Positions 47,692 to 57,260 of a DNA stretch of 64,000 nt are shown here, in pieces; position 1 is the stretch's first letter, and each line of letters opens with the position of its first letter. The stretch covers positions 1 to 64,000 of the forward strand of contig CAWEWF010000007.1 in assembly GCA_963812605.1 (NCBI GenBank). The letters are read 5' to 3'. A model generated the notes under the pieces. That model was not told where the DNA came from. It saw only the letters and a program-made list of their open reading frames with translations, and ran no database searches. The stretch is from an uncultured Verrucomicrobiae bacterium (GTDB taxonomy: Bacteria > Verrucomicrobiota > Verrucomicrobiia > Palsa-1439). A program made the translations under genes and the position numbers.

Positions 47692-49239
47692 CTACCTACT
47701 GCGCGACATCCGCATTTCCGCCAGCCGGGCATTCTTTTCATCCCCGAGAGCGGTGAAGCATTCCTGCAGCGTCCGCCAAACGGCACGATCATCAATTCCG
47801 TGATCGATCGCGGGCTGCAACGCCTTGATCGCCTCGCGATAGCGCCCGGCCTGGACGAACGCGGAGGCAAGGCCTTTGCGGCCGACGAGTCCGTTGGGCG
47901 CGACGGCGACGGCCCGCGTTCCGCAAGCGATGGCTTCATCAAGTTGTTTCGTGCCGGTGTAATAGACCGTGAGATTGACGAGCGCCGGGTAGCACTGCGG
48001 ATCTTCAACCAACGCGTTCTGAAAGAGCGTTTCAGTATTCGCCCATACTGCCGAACGTTTCGCGCTCAGAATTGCCAGCCCGATCAGCAACGAGATGACC
48101 ACGGGGACAAGGAAGGGCTGAACCTGCCGCCAATTGTTCGCTAAAGCAACGATACCCACACTTAATGGCAGCGCCAGTCCAATGAGCGGTATATACAGGA
48201 AGCGATCCGCTACGACATGCGCACCGACGGGAACCAACCCGATCGTTGGCGAAAGTGTTATCAGGTAAAACAACCAGGACGGCAAGACGACCGGTGCGCG
48301 GCTGCGGAGAGCGAAGGCTCCCGCAAGAAGTACGACGAACAACAGCAGGTAGCCGGCGGCATGTAGCGGCATCCAACCGAAATCCTCAAACGACGGGTAC
48401 ACCGCGGACAGGTGAAACGGCCAAAGAAACTTTCTTACATAAAACCACGTACAGTAGCCAACCAATCCCGGCCGCGCCCCGAGCGGAATGACTTTCGTGC
48501 CCACGACCGTTTCGCCGTCGCCGCTGGCCTGGGCGACGAACGTGGCGGCGCCGATGATCAGGCTCACAATGAAGAACGGGATTTTCTCCCATACCGCGGT
48601 GCGCCGCTTCCAAAATACGTCGAGAAGAACCAACACGAGGGGAAGCGTAACGGCCGTTGATTTGGCGAGCGCGGAACAAACGAACAATAGCAGGCATCCC
48701 CAATAATCGCGCCGGTTTTCGCGGACAACCCAACGCAGGTACGCGAGGATGGCGAGCAAGTAAAAGAAAGCGAAGAGCAGGTCCTTGCGCTCCGTCACCC
48801 AGGCGACGGATTCGACACGGAGCGGATGCACGCCGAAGATGGCCGCCGTCAGGACTGCTGCCGCGGGTGCGTGTTCGAAACGGCCCCGGAGAAGTTGGAA
48901 CACCAGCCGTAACACAAGCACCGTATTCGCCGCGTGCAACAGCAGATTGGTAAGGTGGTAGCCAAATGGTTTGTGACCCCAGACCTGATAATCGATGGCC
49001 AACGACAGCCACGTGAGGGGAACGTACAACTTGGCAGCCGGTTCGGTGAACATCGCCCACAGATTTGCCGGTGAAAGTGAACGAATCACCGGGTTTTGCG
49101 TGACATGACCGTAATCGTCCCATTCGAGAAATTGGCCCTGCAAGCCTCGCGCGTGCGCGGCGATTGTCAGCAGAACAACAAACAGACCGCCCGTCCACAG
49201 CCAGCGGTCAGTTCGCCAGGAAGTGGAGGGCGTTCTCAT
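47692..49239 (-). CDS. TMTC-like GT-C glycosyltransferase with C-terminal TPR
   Basis: WDD, Y.PLTWLS, GYHLTNLLLH, HPLRVESVAWVTERKD, ADRFLY; TPR tail. Confidence 0.85.
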   Translation of the reverse strand: MRTPSTSWRTDRWLWTGGLFVVLLTIAAHARGLQGQFLEWDDYGHVTQNPVIRSLSPANLWAMFTEPAAKLYVPLTWLSLAIDYQVWGHKPFGYHLTNLLLHAANTVLVLRLVFQLLRGRFEHAPAAAVLTAAIFGVHPLRVESVAWVTERKDLLFAFFYLLAILAYLRWVVRENRRDYWGCLLLFVCSALAKSTAVTLPLVLVLLDVFWKRRTAVWEKIPFFIVSLIIGAATFVAQASGDGETVVGTKVIPLGARPGLVGYCTWFYVRKFLWPFHLSAVYPSFEDFGWMPLHAAGYLLLFVVLLAGAFALRSRAPVVLPSWLFYLITLSPTIGLVPVGAHVVADRFLYIPLIGLALPLSVGIVALANNWRQVQPFLVPVVISLLIGLAILSAKRSAVWANTETLFQNALVEDPQCYPALVNLTVYYTGTKQLDEAIACGTRAVAVAPNGLVGRKGLASAFVQAGRYREAIKALQPAIDHGIDDRAVWRTLQECFTALGDEKNARLAEMRMSRSR

Positions 49240-50795
49240 AGTTTGCCCTCGCAACGGCGTTCAGATTCCCGGGCCAGTTTCGCGTTGTTGGTGTCTCCCA
49301 AAGTCTCGAAACAGTCCGCCAGTATGGACCACACTTCCGCGTCCTGAACATCCTGCTGGGCCAACGGACGCAGGGTGCCCACGGCTTCGCGCCGCTCGCC
49401 CTTGTCGATCAGGGCATAGGCGAGAATCTTGCGGCCGCGAATATTGTTGGGCGCGAGCTTGACGGCTTGCTGGGCGTGGTCGATCGCCTCATCGAATTCT
49501 TTGCGGTTCGGATTCATATACCAGACCGCGAGATTGAGGTGTGCGGGCAGGCAATCAGGGTTTTCCTGCAAAGCGTTGTCGAAGAGAGTTTTGGTATTGC
49601 TCCAAACGGCCCCGCGCCGATCCGTCAGGAAAGCCAGCGCCACCACCACGGCGATGACGGGCAGGCTGACGGCAAAACGCGCCGCTGGGTTTGGCAATGA
49701 AAAAATCACCCAGACCACGGCCAGGCTCACTGGCAATGCCAGCCCAATCAGGGGCACGTACGAAAAGCGGTCGGCGACAACATGGACACCAACGGGAATC
49801 AGCCCAATCGTGGGGGCAAGCGTGGCGAGGTAAAAGAGCCACGCGGGCAACAACGCCGGCCAGCGACGTTGGGCAGCGATGATCAGTGCCGTCACGGCGG
49901 AAAACGCCGCAAGGTATCCGACGCTGGTGAAAAACGTCCAACCCATTTGATCGAAGTTCAGATAGACCGCTGAAAGATGGAATGGCCAGAAAAACTTCTT
50001 TACGTAAAACAGCGCGCAGTAACCGACCAATCCCAGGCGCCCCCAGAAAGGGACGACTTCAGGAGTCGCCACGGTTTCCACCAGCCCGCCGGCCTGGACG
50101 ATGAAGGTGATCGTGGTGATGATCAGGCTGACGGCAAAAAACGGGGCCTTTTCCCCCCAGGCTTTTCGCCTGGCGAGCCAGTGGTCGATGATCAGGAGTA
50201 CGATGGGAAAGCTGACGGCGGTGGACTTGGAGAGCGCCGATGCGACAAAGAGGCCGAAGCAGGCCCAGTAGGTTCGCCATTTGTGGGTGGCGAGCCAGCG
50301 CCAGTAGGTGAGCAGCGCGCCAAGGTAGAAGAAAGCGAATAACACATCTTTGCGCTCGGTCGCCCAGGCGACTGATTCCACGCGCAACGGATGAACGCCA
50401 AAAATCGCCGCGGTAAGAAGCGCCGCCGCAGCCGCGTGTTGAAATCGGTCGCGCAGGATTTCCCGCACGAGCACCAGTACGAGCAGGGTATTTGCGAGGT
50501 GCAACAGGAGATTGGTGAGGTGATACCCAAAGGGCCTTTGGCCCCAAACCTGATAATCGACGGCGAACGAAAGCCACGTGAGCGGGCAATATAACTTGGC
50601 AGTCGGGTGCGCAAACATCAGGCATAAATTGTCCAGTGTGAAACCCCGGATGGCGGCGTTGCGCGTGATGTGGATGGTGTCGTCCCACTCGACGAACTGG
50701 CCCTGTAAGGCCCGGAAGTGCGCGGCGAAGGTGAGCGCGAGAACCAGGATGGCGCCCAGCCAGAAGAATTTGTTGGACTCGGAACGCTCGTTCAT
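49236..50795 (-). CDS. TMTC-like GT-C glycosyltransferase with TPR (tandem paralog)
   Basis: Same motifs as the neighbour; ATGA overlap. Confidence 0.85.
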   Translation of the reverse strand: MNERSESNKFFWLGAILVLALTFAAHFRALQGQFVEWDDTIHITRNAAIRGFTLDNLCLMFAHPTAKLYCPLTWLSFAVDYQVWGQRPFGYHLTNLLLHLANTLLVLVLVREILRDRFQHAAAAALLTAAIFGVHPLRVESVAWATERKDVLFAFFYLGALLTYWRWLATHKWRTYWACFGLFVASALSKSTAVSFPIVLLIIDHWLARRKAWGEKAPFFAVSLIITTITFIVQAGGLVETVATPEVVPFWGRLGLVGYCALFYVKKFFWPFHLSAVYLNFDQMGWTFFTSVGYLAAFSAVTALIIAAQRRWPALLPAWLFYLATLAPTIGLIPVGVHVVADRFSYVPLIGLALPVSLAVVWVIFSLPNPAARFAVSLPVIAVVVALAFLTDRRGAVWSNTKTLFDNALQENPDCLPAHLNLAVWYMNPNRKEFDEAIDHAQQAVKLAPNNIRGRKILAYALIDKGERREAVGTLRPLAQQDVQDAEVWSILADCFETLGDTNNAKLARESERRCEGKL

Positions 50796-50813
50796 GCCCG
50801 TTGGGCGCCGGCG

Positions 50814-51257
50814 TCAGGCGAGACTGGCGGAAACCAGTTGGCTGACCAGACGGTTGTCGGCGCGGCCCGCCAGTTTGGCCTGGACGGCTTTCATCACCTT
50901 GCCCATGTCGGTCTTGGTGGCGGCGCCCAGTTCGGCAATCGTCGCTTTGACGACCTCTTCCACCTGCGCGGGCGAAAGCTCTTCGGGCAGATAGGATTTC
51001 AGCACCACCAACTCCGCCTTCTCCTTCTCGACCAAATCCGCGCGGCCGCCTTTCTCGAAACTTTCGATGGAATCCTGCCGCTGCTTGATTTGCTTCTTGA
51101 TGACGGCGGTAACATCGGCGTCCGTAAGTTGTTCCTGCTTCTTCTCGATCTTGTGGTATTCGACCGCGGATTTGAGCAGGCGCAGGGTGGCGAGGCGGGG
51201 GGCATCCCTGGCGCGCATCGCCTCCTTCATGTCGGCTGCGATTTTGTCCGTCAACAT
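50814..51257 (-). CDS. yqeY: GatB/YqeY domain protein
   Basis: DMKEAMRARD..RL, KQRQDSIESFEKGGR, YLPEEL, DMGKVM. Confidence 0.93.
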   Translation of the reverse strand: MLTDKIAADMKEAMRARDAPRLATLRLLKSAVEYHKIEKKQEQLTDADVTAVIKKQIKQRQDSIESFEKGGRADLVEKEKAELVVLKSYLPEELSPAQVEEVVKATIAELGAATKTDMGKVMKAVQAKLAGRADNRLVSQLVSASLA

Positions 51258-51295
51258 GCGACGAAGACTAGGCGGGCGGCGCGCGGCTTGTCAAC

Positions 51296-51715
51296 TCATT
51301 CGACCACGGCGAGAGAGACGACGAGCACCGTATTGCCCACCTCGGGGCCTTTGACGAGCAGTTCACCATGACCGACGCGGACACTCGATTTCACCAGCGC
51401 GGCCCGGCCGGAATACATTTCAAAATCCACCATCCGTCCCTTTTTGTCGACGGCCCGGGGAGTGACGAAGACGACAATGCCTTCACCCAGGTCCAGCCGG
51501 AGCTGGCCGTTCTCCTTGAAGGATCCCTGTTGCAGGCCGAGTTGCCGATAATGCCGGTAACCAAAGACCTTTTTCAGTTTGGGCTCCAGCCTGGCGAGTT
51601 GCTCGTCCGGCTTGTCGGCCTCGTTGGACGCGCGGATCAGCCGCACCTCAATCGAGGCGGCCTGAGCGCTGGCACTCAGAACAACGCCCAGTAAGGCAGC
51701 CACGAGCCAGCGCAT
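51296..51715 (-). CDS. Hypothetical exported protein in the ECF operon
   Basis: Signal peptide MRWLVAALLGVVLSASAQA. Confidence 0.75.
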   Translation of the reverse strand: MRWLVAALLGVVLSASAQAASIEVRLIRASNEADKPDEQLARLEPKLKKVFGYRHYRQLGLQQGSFKENGQLRLDLGEGIVVFVTPRAVDKKGRMVDFEMYSGRAALVKSSVRVGHGELLVKGPEVGNTVLVVSLAVVE

Positions 51716-51716
51716 A

Positions 51717-52351
51717 TCAGGTGTCCAGGTTCGCAAAGGCGGTCTTCATTTCATTCATGTCGGGTGTCCAGGGCAGGCCCGTGACCCAGATCACCGTTAC
51801 ACCGGCGTCTTCGGAATCAAATGCCGTTGCGGCCGAATGAGGGACGGGGGTCTTCAACTGCTCGATCTGGGCAAAACCTCCGGGGCGGGCACGGCAGCCG
51901 TTACTTCAGGCGCGCGACGAACTTCTACCTCTACGCGCTGAAAGACTGGTCCAGGCACGCCAGCCGTTACTTCGGGCGCGCGGTGAACTGTCTGCATGAA
52001 CCAAACCGCCCCAAAAGCCGCGACGACCAAAGCTGCAGCGGTCGCCATCGCGAATTGATGTTGCCGCAACCACTCAGTCAACACCAGCCGGGGCAGCGGA
52101 ACCTCGACGGACTCGCTGCCTCGCCGCTGGATTTCTGTTTTCACTTTTGACCAGAAGAATTCGGGTGAATCACTCATCGCCGCCGCGGGAGGGTTCGCCT
52201 GCAATAGACGGCGCACATGCTGCTGGTGCCGATACTCCAGCGCGCACAACAGGCAAGTGTTGAGGTGGCGTTTCGCGAGCCGAAGGCGCCGGCCTTTCAG
52301 TTCGCCATCCAGCAATCCGGTAACGGCTTCGGTGTTATGGCGGCGGTTCAT
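51717..52351 (-). CDS. Zinc-binding (HxxxCxxC) transmembrane anti-sigma factor; apparent frameshift near 51875; internal RAPEVTA duplication
   Basis: LLDGEL...HLNTCLLC, TM; shifted frame continues ...AGVTVIWVTGLPW...LDT*. Confidence 0.8.
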
Positions 52352-52992
52352 ATCACTTCCTTCAACAATTTCTGCAAGTGTTTCCTGGCATAGTGCAGTC
52401 GTGACATGACCGTGCCAACCGTGCAGCCGGTGACCTTCGCAATGGCCGCGTAATCCAAGCCGTCAAACTCACGGAGTTGAACCACCGCGCGATGTTCGGG
52501 CGACAACTCGCGCAGCGCGGCATCGATCTGCTCGCGCAATTCCCGTCGTTCGGCCTCGTCCACGGGCGAGGGGTTGGTGGAAGGCGGTTCCTGGACGCTG
52601 GCGTCCGTGTCGGGACTGATTCCCTCCTCGAACGGGGTGGTCGGGCGCCGGTCGCGGCGGCGCACGAAATCAATGGCGAGATTGGTCGTGATCCGATAAA
52701 TCCACGTATAAAACGAGGCGCTCTTGCGGAATTTGCGGATCGCCTGCCAGCCGCGGACAAACGCTTCCTGGCAGAGGTCGGTCGCATCCTGCTCGTTGCG
52801 CAGCATGCTAAAGGCGAGTCCGTAGACCTTGCCGCGGTAGCGGCCCACCAACGCCTCATAGGCCTCCAGTTCGCCCCGCTGGCAGCGCTCGACGAGTTCA
52901 CGGTCGTTGAATTCAGGCTGAGAGACTTCATGCGCCGGATTCGACGCATCCGCCACCGAAATATTCACGGGTATTTTGGCCGCGTTTTCCAT
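52348..52992 (-). CDS. ECF sigma factor (RpoE-like)
   Basis: DLCQEAF, FYTWIYRITTN, LREFDGLDY, GTVMSRLHYAR. Confidence 0.95.
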   Translation of the reverse strand: MENAAKIPVNISVADASNPAHEVSQPEFNDRELVERCQRGELEAYEALVGRYRGKVYGLAFSMLRNEQDATDLCQEAFVRGWQAIRKFRKSASFYTWIYRITTNLAIDFVRRRDRRPTTPFEEGISPDTDASVQEPPSTNPSPVDEAERRELREQIDAALRELSPEHRAVVQLREFDGLDYAAIAKVTGCTVGTVMSRLHYARKHLQKLLKEVI

Positions 52993-53038
52993 TAGCTATT
53001 GAACACCCCATGGGCCGCAACCGCGCTCGCCTAGCGCG

Positions 53039-53056
53039 ATGACAGGATTATGACAA
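53039..53056 (-). promoter_or_regulatory. Pho-box-like site TTGTCAT-AATC-CTGTCAT upstream of the ECF sigma gene
   Basis: Near-perfect match to the E. coli consensus CTGTCAT-N4-CTGTCAY. Confidence 0.55.
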
Positions 53057-53239
53057 ATGTCTGGTATATTTTCCATGTCTTTTGTGCGTCCGCAATACCA
53101 CCTTCAAGGAATAGGAGTGCGGCATCCTTACCCTGATGGCCCCGCGACCGTCGAATTCCCAAACCATTCATAACGCGCTACTTGGCTGGGGGGTTCGTTT
53201 CGCAGAAACGCATGTTTTCGAGGCCCTCCCTGTCCGCTA

Positions 53240-53399
53240 GTGGCGCGGGCGTCTCGCCCGTGATCTCCCACATCCGAGTTGAACAGGCGTCCCGCCTGTG
53301 GCCCCCGCCATCGGGTCCGCCAAAGCCTTGGCGACGGCGGATGAAAATTGGGCGTTAAGTGTTTCATGTTGAACAGCCCGCCCCGAATTCTTTTCGGGG
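53240..53399. repeat. Cluster of REP-like short palindromes
   Basis: CGGGCGTCTCGCCCG, ACAGGCGTCCCGCCTGT, CCGCCAAAGCCTTGGCGACGGCGG, CCCCGAATTCTTTTCGGGG. Confidence 0.55.
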
Positions 53400-53506
53400 T
53401 TCATTTGTTTCCCCGAACCTACCCCACGCCATCACCCGTGTCCAGCAGAATTATCGATTAACGATATTTGCGGACTTGGCTGCGTGGCCAGAAGGGTGCG
53501 CTTGAG

Positions 53507-53587
53507 GGGAGTGTGTAGGTTGATTGGTCTAAAGCCCTGCCGCTGTCACGGCAGAGGTTGCGGGTTCGAGCCCCGTCACTCCCGCCA
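53507..53587 (+). tRNA. tRNA-Asp (GTC) with an irregular 5' half (pseudo-tRNA or sequencing error)
   Basis: GGGAGTG/CACTCCC acceptor, GGTTCGAG T-loop, CCA; 81 nt long with an 8-nt anticodon loop. Confidence 0.8.
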
Positions 53588-53654
53588 ATTTCCTTTTCAG
53601 GATGTTCGGTGTCAGCCTGTGATAAATCCCACCTAGTTTACTCAAATCCCTTTG

Positions 53655-54203
53655 TTAAGCCTGTCCAACGCGTGAAAGAATGTCCCACTTTGTCATGTTA
53701 AATTCAGACTGGCTCAATGCCCCGGTCTGGTATGCGCGATAGAGCTTTGCGACCCGTTCGATTGCGTCGGCTTGTCTGTCCTTCGGTTTACCCAAAATCG
53801 CGATCTTTGCGCGTTCCCACTCTTCCGCTGTCAAAGCGCCTAGCTGAACCAACCGGGCCAACTTCTCCAGTTCGTCTGCGATTCCTGATGGTGGGACAGC
53901 GCCCTCCAGCCTTTGAACCAAGGTGTTTGCTGCTTCGTGTGCCGTGCGAATCCGTTCTTCCGCGCTGGCAGAGCCGTGATACATTTCCATAAGCTCTCTG
54001 CCGCGAGGGGTATCTATCGGCACAAGTTGGGAATGAGAACAAGCCGAGCACAAGTCTCTGACCGTACTGCTTGGTGCGTTGAATGATTTTCTAACCGAGC
54101 CGCAATTACCGCAAATGTAACGGTATTCGGTGATATCAATACGATAATACCAGCCTGCCAAGAGCAGTAAACACGCCACAGCGATAACGATAGTCAGTAG
54201 CAC
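53655..54203 (-). CDS. Membrane-anchored zinc-ribbon protein with two SHOCT domains
   Basis: CGNC...CSAC; IADELEKLARLVQLGALTAEEWERAK and a second SHOCT-like helix pair. Confidence 0.75.
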   Translation of the reverse strand: MLLTIVIAVACLLLLAGWYYRIDITEYRYICGNCGSVRKSFNAPSSTVRDLCSACSHSQLVPIDTPRGRELMEMYHGSASAEERIRTAHEAANTLVQRLEGAVPPSGIADELEKLARLVQLGALTAEEWERAKIAILGKPKDRQADAIERVAKLYRAYQTGALSQSEFNMTKWDILSRVGQA

Positions 54204-54420
54204 GAGCGCCTTTCAGCTTCCTGATGATAGAAGCTCCGAGGTTCGTAAACAATCCCGAATTCTCCCGAACACCCGACGAGGCCATACGACAATAATGAAA
54301 ACCGTCCGAAGTTGATAAATTTTTAAGAGTATGGGGGTACCGTTTTTTCATTTTATACGGCGTGGTTGATTTTCGCTGCCGTATCTTGGAGAATCCGTTA
54401 CGAGACAAAGAGAGCACCCG

Positions 54421-54986
54421 ATGGATATTTCGTTCAGTTGTGGCACTTGTGGCAAACACCTTGTTGTCGATGAAGCGGGAGCAGGAATCACGATCGACTG
54501 CCCCGGATGCGGGAAACCGGTTTTTGTACCGAGCACTTCGTCGCAGGACGGACCAGTTCGAGTTGAAGTTAAATCAACCGGGTATAAAGCAAGTGCGGTT
54601 CCAGCGATGCACAGCCACCCCCTTGTTCCATCGTTCTCAAGCCAAACGCAACCTGATGTTCATCCCTCAATTGATGGGGGCATCTACTGCCTAATTATTC
54701 TGACTATGATTCAGATTGTTGGATTCGTGGTGGTACGGCAAAATTTTCTGTGGTCGGGGGTATTCATGGCTGCAGACATGCCTTTTGTAGCTGCGCCTTT
54801 ATTATGCGCTGTTTATGGCATGTGCATCGGACACGTTCGACACGGACTTCTTCTCGTACCGGGCTGGCGTTGATTCTAGGCCTTTCATACTGGTTAATGT
54901 TCCAGCCGCTGGTACAGCCTAGTGGTGCTGATATTCAAAGGCAGATGGAAAACATGCAGAAGCAAATACAGAACATGTTCAAGTAA
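54421..54986 (+). CDS. Zinc-ribbon membrane protein (apparent frameshift near 54855)
   Basis: FSCGTCGKHL...CPGCGKPV, then TM segments that continue in a second frame. Confidence 0.65.
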
Positions 54987-55136
54987 AGCTCGCAGTCGAG
55001 GCGCTACGCTCTGCGAATTCGGGCAGGCCTTGTAGACCCGCACCGATTGTGGTACGAGGGGAATATTTCCTGCTGATGGGGTCAGACCGGTATTCGTGAC
55101 ATTCTTGCGCGGACTCATTCGCGTCCCTACCGAGTG

Positions 55137-57260
55137 TCAACTTACGGAAGGCGGGGTGGCGGGGCGCTGGGGGACGAAGGTTTGGTAGCGATCTTTCTGC
55201 GCCTGCTTGGCGGCTTCGCGGGCTTCCTCGAAGAAGATTTGCTGGGAACGGGCCGCCTTCGCCGGGCTGGAGGGCTGCAATCTTTCATGGCGACCATCCG
55301 ACAGGAGCTCGCGCGCTTTGACGTTGTCCTGGAAGGTCATTCGCAAGATGGAAATCAGCCGGGCCTGGGACGTGGGCTCCTCGACCGGCACGAGCAGTTC
55401 GACGCGGCGGTCGAGGTTGCGCGGCATCCAGTCGGCGCTGGAAATAAAAACGAGCGGTTCGCCGCCATGATGGAAATACAGGATGCGGCTGTGTTCGAGG
55501 AAGCGGTCCACGATGCTGACCACGCGGATGTTCTCGCTGAGTTTCGGCACGCCGGGCCGCAGGCAGCAGATGCCGCGAACGTTGAGTTGGATCTGCACGC
55601 CCTGTTGCGACGCGCGGTACAGGGCCTGGATGATATCCTCGTCCACGAGCGAGTTGAGCTTGGCCATGATGTGGCCCTGTTGACCTTCCTTGCGGCGCTG
55701 CGCTTCGCTCTCGATCAGGGCCAGCAGCCGCGCGCGCAATCCCAGCGGCGCCGCTTCGATGCGCTGGTATTTGATCGGCTGCGAGTAGGCGGTGATTGTA
55801 TTGAAAAACTGCGTCGCGTCCGCGCCAAAGTCCTCGCTACACGTCATCAAGCTCACGTCACTGTACAGCCGCGCCGTGACTTCGTTGTAGTTCCCGGTCC
55901 CGAAATGCACATAGCGGCGAATGCCGCTCGGCTCGCGGCGGACGACGATGCAGATTTTGGCGTGCACCTTCAGCCCGCGCAGCCCGTAGATGATCTGGAC
56001 CCCGGACTGCTCCAGCGCCTGCGCCCAATCGATGTTGCGGGCCTCGTCGAAGCGGGCCTTCAATTCCACAACGACGGTGACGTGCTTGCCTTTGTCAGCC
56101 GCCCGCGCCAGCGCGGCGACAATCGGGCTGCTGCCGCTGGTGCGATAAAGGATTTGCTTGATCGCCAGCACGTCAGGATCGTCCGCCGCCTGTTCCAACA
56201 GGCGCACGACGGGCTCGAAACTCTCGTACGGATGAAAGAGCAGGATGTCGCGGCGTGTGATGGCCTCGAACATCGATTCGCCCGGTGCGATCAGGGGAGA
56301 CGGTTGCGGCGGCCACGGTTCGTACTTCAGTTTTTCGAAGCCGGCCCTTCCCGCCAGTTCGCGATACGCCGCCAGGTCGAGGGGCCCCGCGATCTCATAA
56401 ATCTGGTCGTCATTGACCTGGAGCGCCTGCTTGAGGAAAGACAAAGCGGTCGGCGAGATGTTGCGGCCAACTTCCAGGCGCACGCAACCGCTGCGCTTGC
56501 GCGCATCCAGCACCTCGCGCATTTGCGAGAGAAGATCACCGGCCAGGTCTTCGCGGACGAGGAGGTCCGCGTTACGGGTAATGCGGAACGGCACGCATTC
56601 ACTGATGAATTCGCCGGGAAAGAGTTTTTCCCGGAACATCGAAACGACATCCTCCAGCAGCGTGTAGTCGTAGCCCTCCTGGTTCACCGGCACCGTGATG
56701 AAGCGGCTGAGGCGTTTCGGCAGCGTGACGACGGCGAAGCGGGGTTTGCGCGAGCGGGCCGTCGTGGGATTGAGTTGCACCAGCAGATCCAGGCCGAGAC
56801 CGAGCAACAGCGGGAAATCCGTTGCGTCAACCGCCCGGGGTGTGAGGATCGGGTAAATCTCGCGCTCGAAAAGCCGTTCCAGGTACTCGGCGTATTCCGG
56901 TCCGATCTGGTCAGGCAATAGGCGACGAATTCCTGCATCCGCAAGCTTGGGTTCGATGTCCTGCGAAAAACACGCGCACTGTTCGGCCACGAGTTGGTGT
57001 GTCCGCTGGCTGATTTCGAGGAGTTGCTCGCGCGTGGTCAGCCCGGCGGGATCGAACAGCCGCTTCCCTTCGTTGAGCAGATGCTGCAGGCCACCTACGC
57101 GCACCATGAAGAACTCGTCCAGGTTCGTGCTGGTGATCGAAAGGAATTTCAGTCGTTCGAGCAAGGGGACGGATGAGTCAATGGCTTCTTCGAGCACCCG
57201 TCGATTAAACTCAAGCCAGCTCAACTCGCGGTTGAGGAAGAGATCGCTGCCCTTAGCCAT
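55137..57260 (-). CDS. ppk1: Polyphosphate kinase 1
   Basis: NRELSWLEFN, NLDEFFMVRV, HPYESF, ELKARFDE, KVHAK, TGNYN, RFLEHSR. Confidence 0.98.
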   Translation of the reverse strand: MAKGSDLFLNRELSWLEFNRRVLEEAIDSSVPLLERLKFLSITSTNLDEFFMVRVGGLQHLLNEGKRLFDPAGLTTREQLLEISQRTHQLVAEQCACFSQDIEPKLADAGIRRLLPDQIGPEYAEYLERLFEREIYPILTPRAVDATDFPLLLGLGLDLLVQLNPTTARSRKPRFAVVTLPKRLSRFITVPVNQEGYDYTLLEDVVSMFREKLFPGEFISECVPFRITRNADLLVREDLAGDLLSQMREVLDARKRSGCVRLEVGRNISPTALSFLKQALQVNDDQIYEIAGPLDLAAYRELAGRAGFEKLKYEPWPPQPSPLIAPGESMFEAITRRDILLFHPYESFEPVVRLLEQAADDPDVLAIKQILYRTSGSSPIVAALARAADKGKHVTVVVELKARFDEARNIDWAQALEQSGVQIIYGLRGLKVHAKICIVVRREPSGIRRYVHFGTGNYNEVTARLYSDVSLMTCSEDFGADATQFFNTITAYSQPIKYQRIEAAPLGLRARLLALIESEAQRRKEGQQGHIMAKLNSLVDEDIIQALYRASQQGVQIQLNVRGICCLRPGVPKLSENIRVVSIVDRFLEHSRILYFHHGGEPLVFISSADWMPRNLDRRVELLVPVEEPTSQARLISILRMTFQDNVKARELLSDGRHERLQPSSPAKAARSQQIFFEEAREAAKQAQKDRYQTFVPQRPATPPSVS

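Noticed and set aside
51880-51985. RAPEVTA internal duplication in the anti-sigma as a functional repeat array
   Set aside because: Only two imperfect copies, 63 nt apart, in a linker; an ordinary intragenic duplication.
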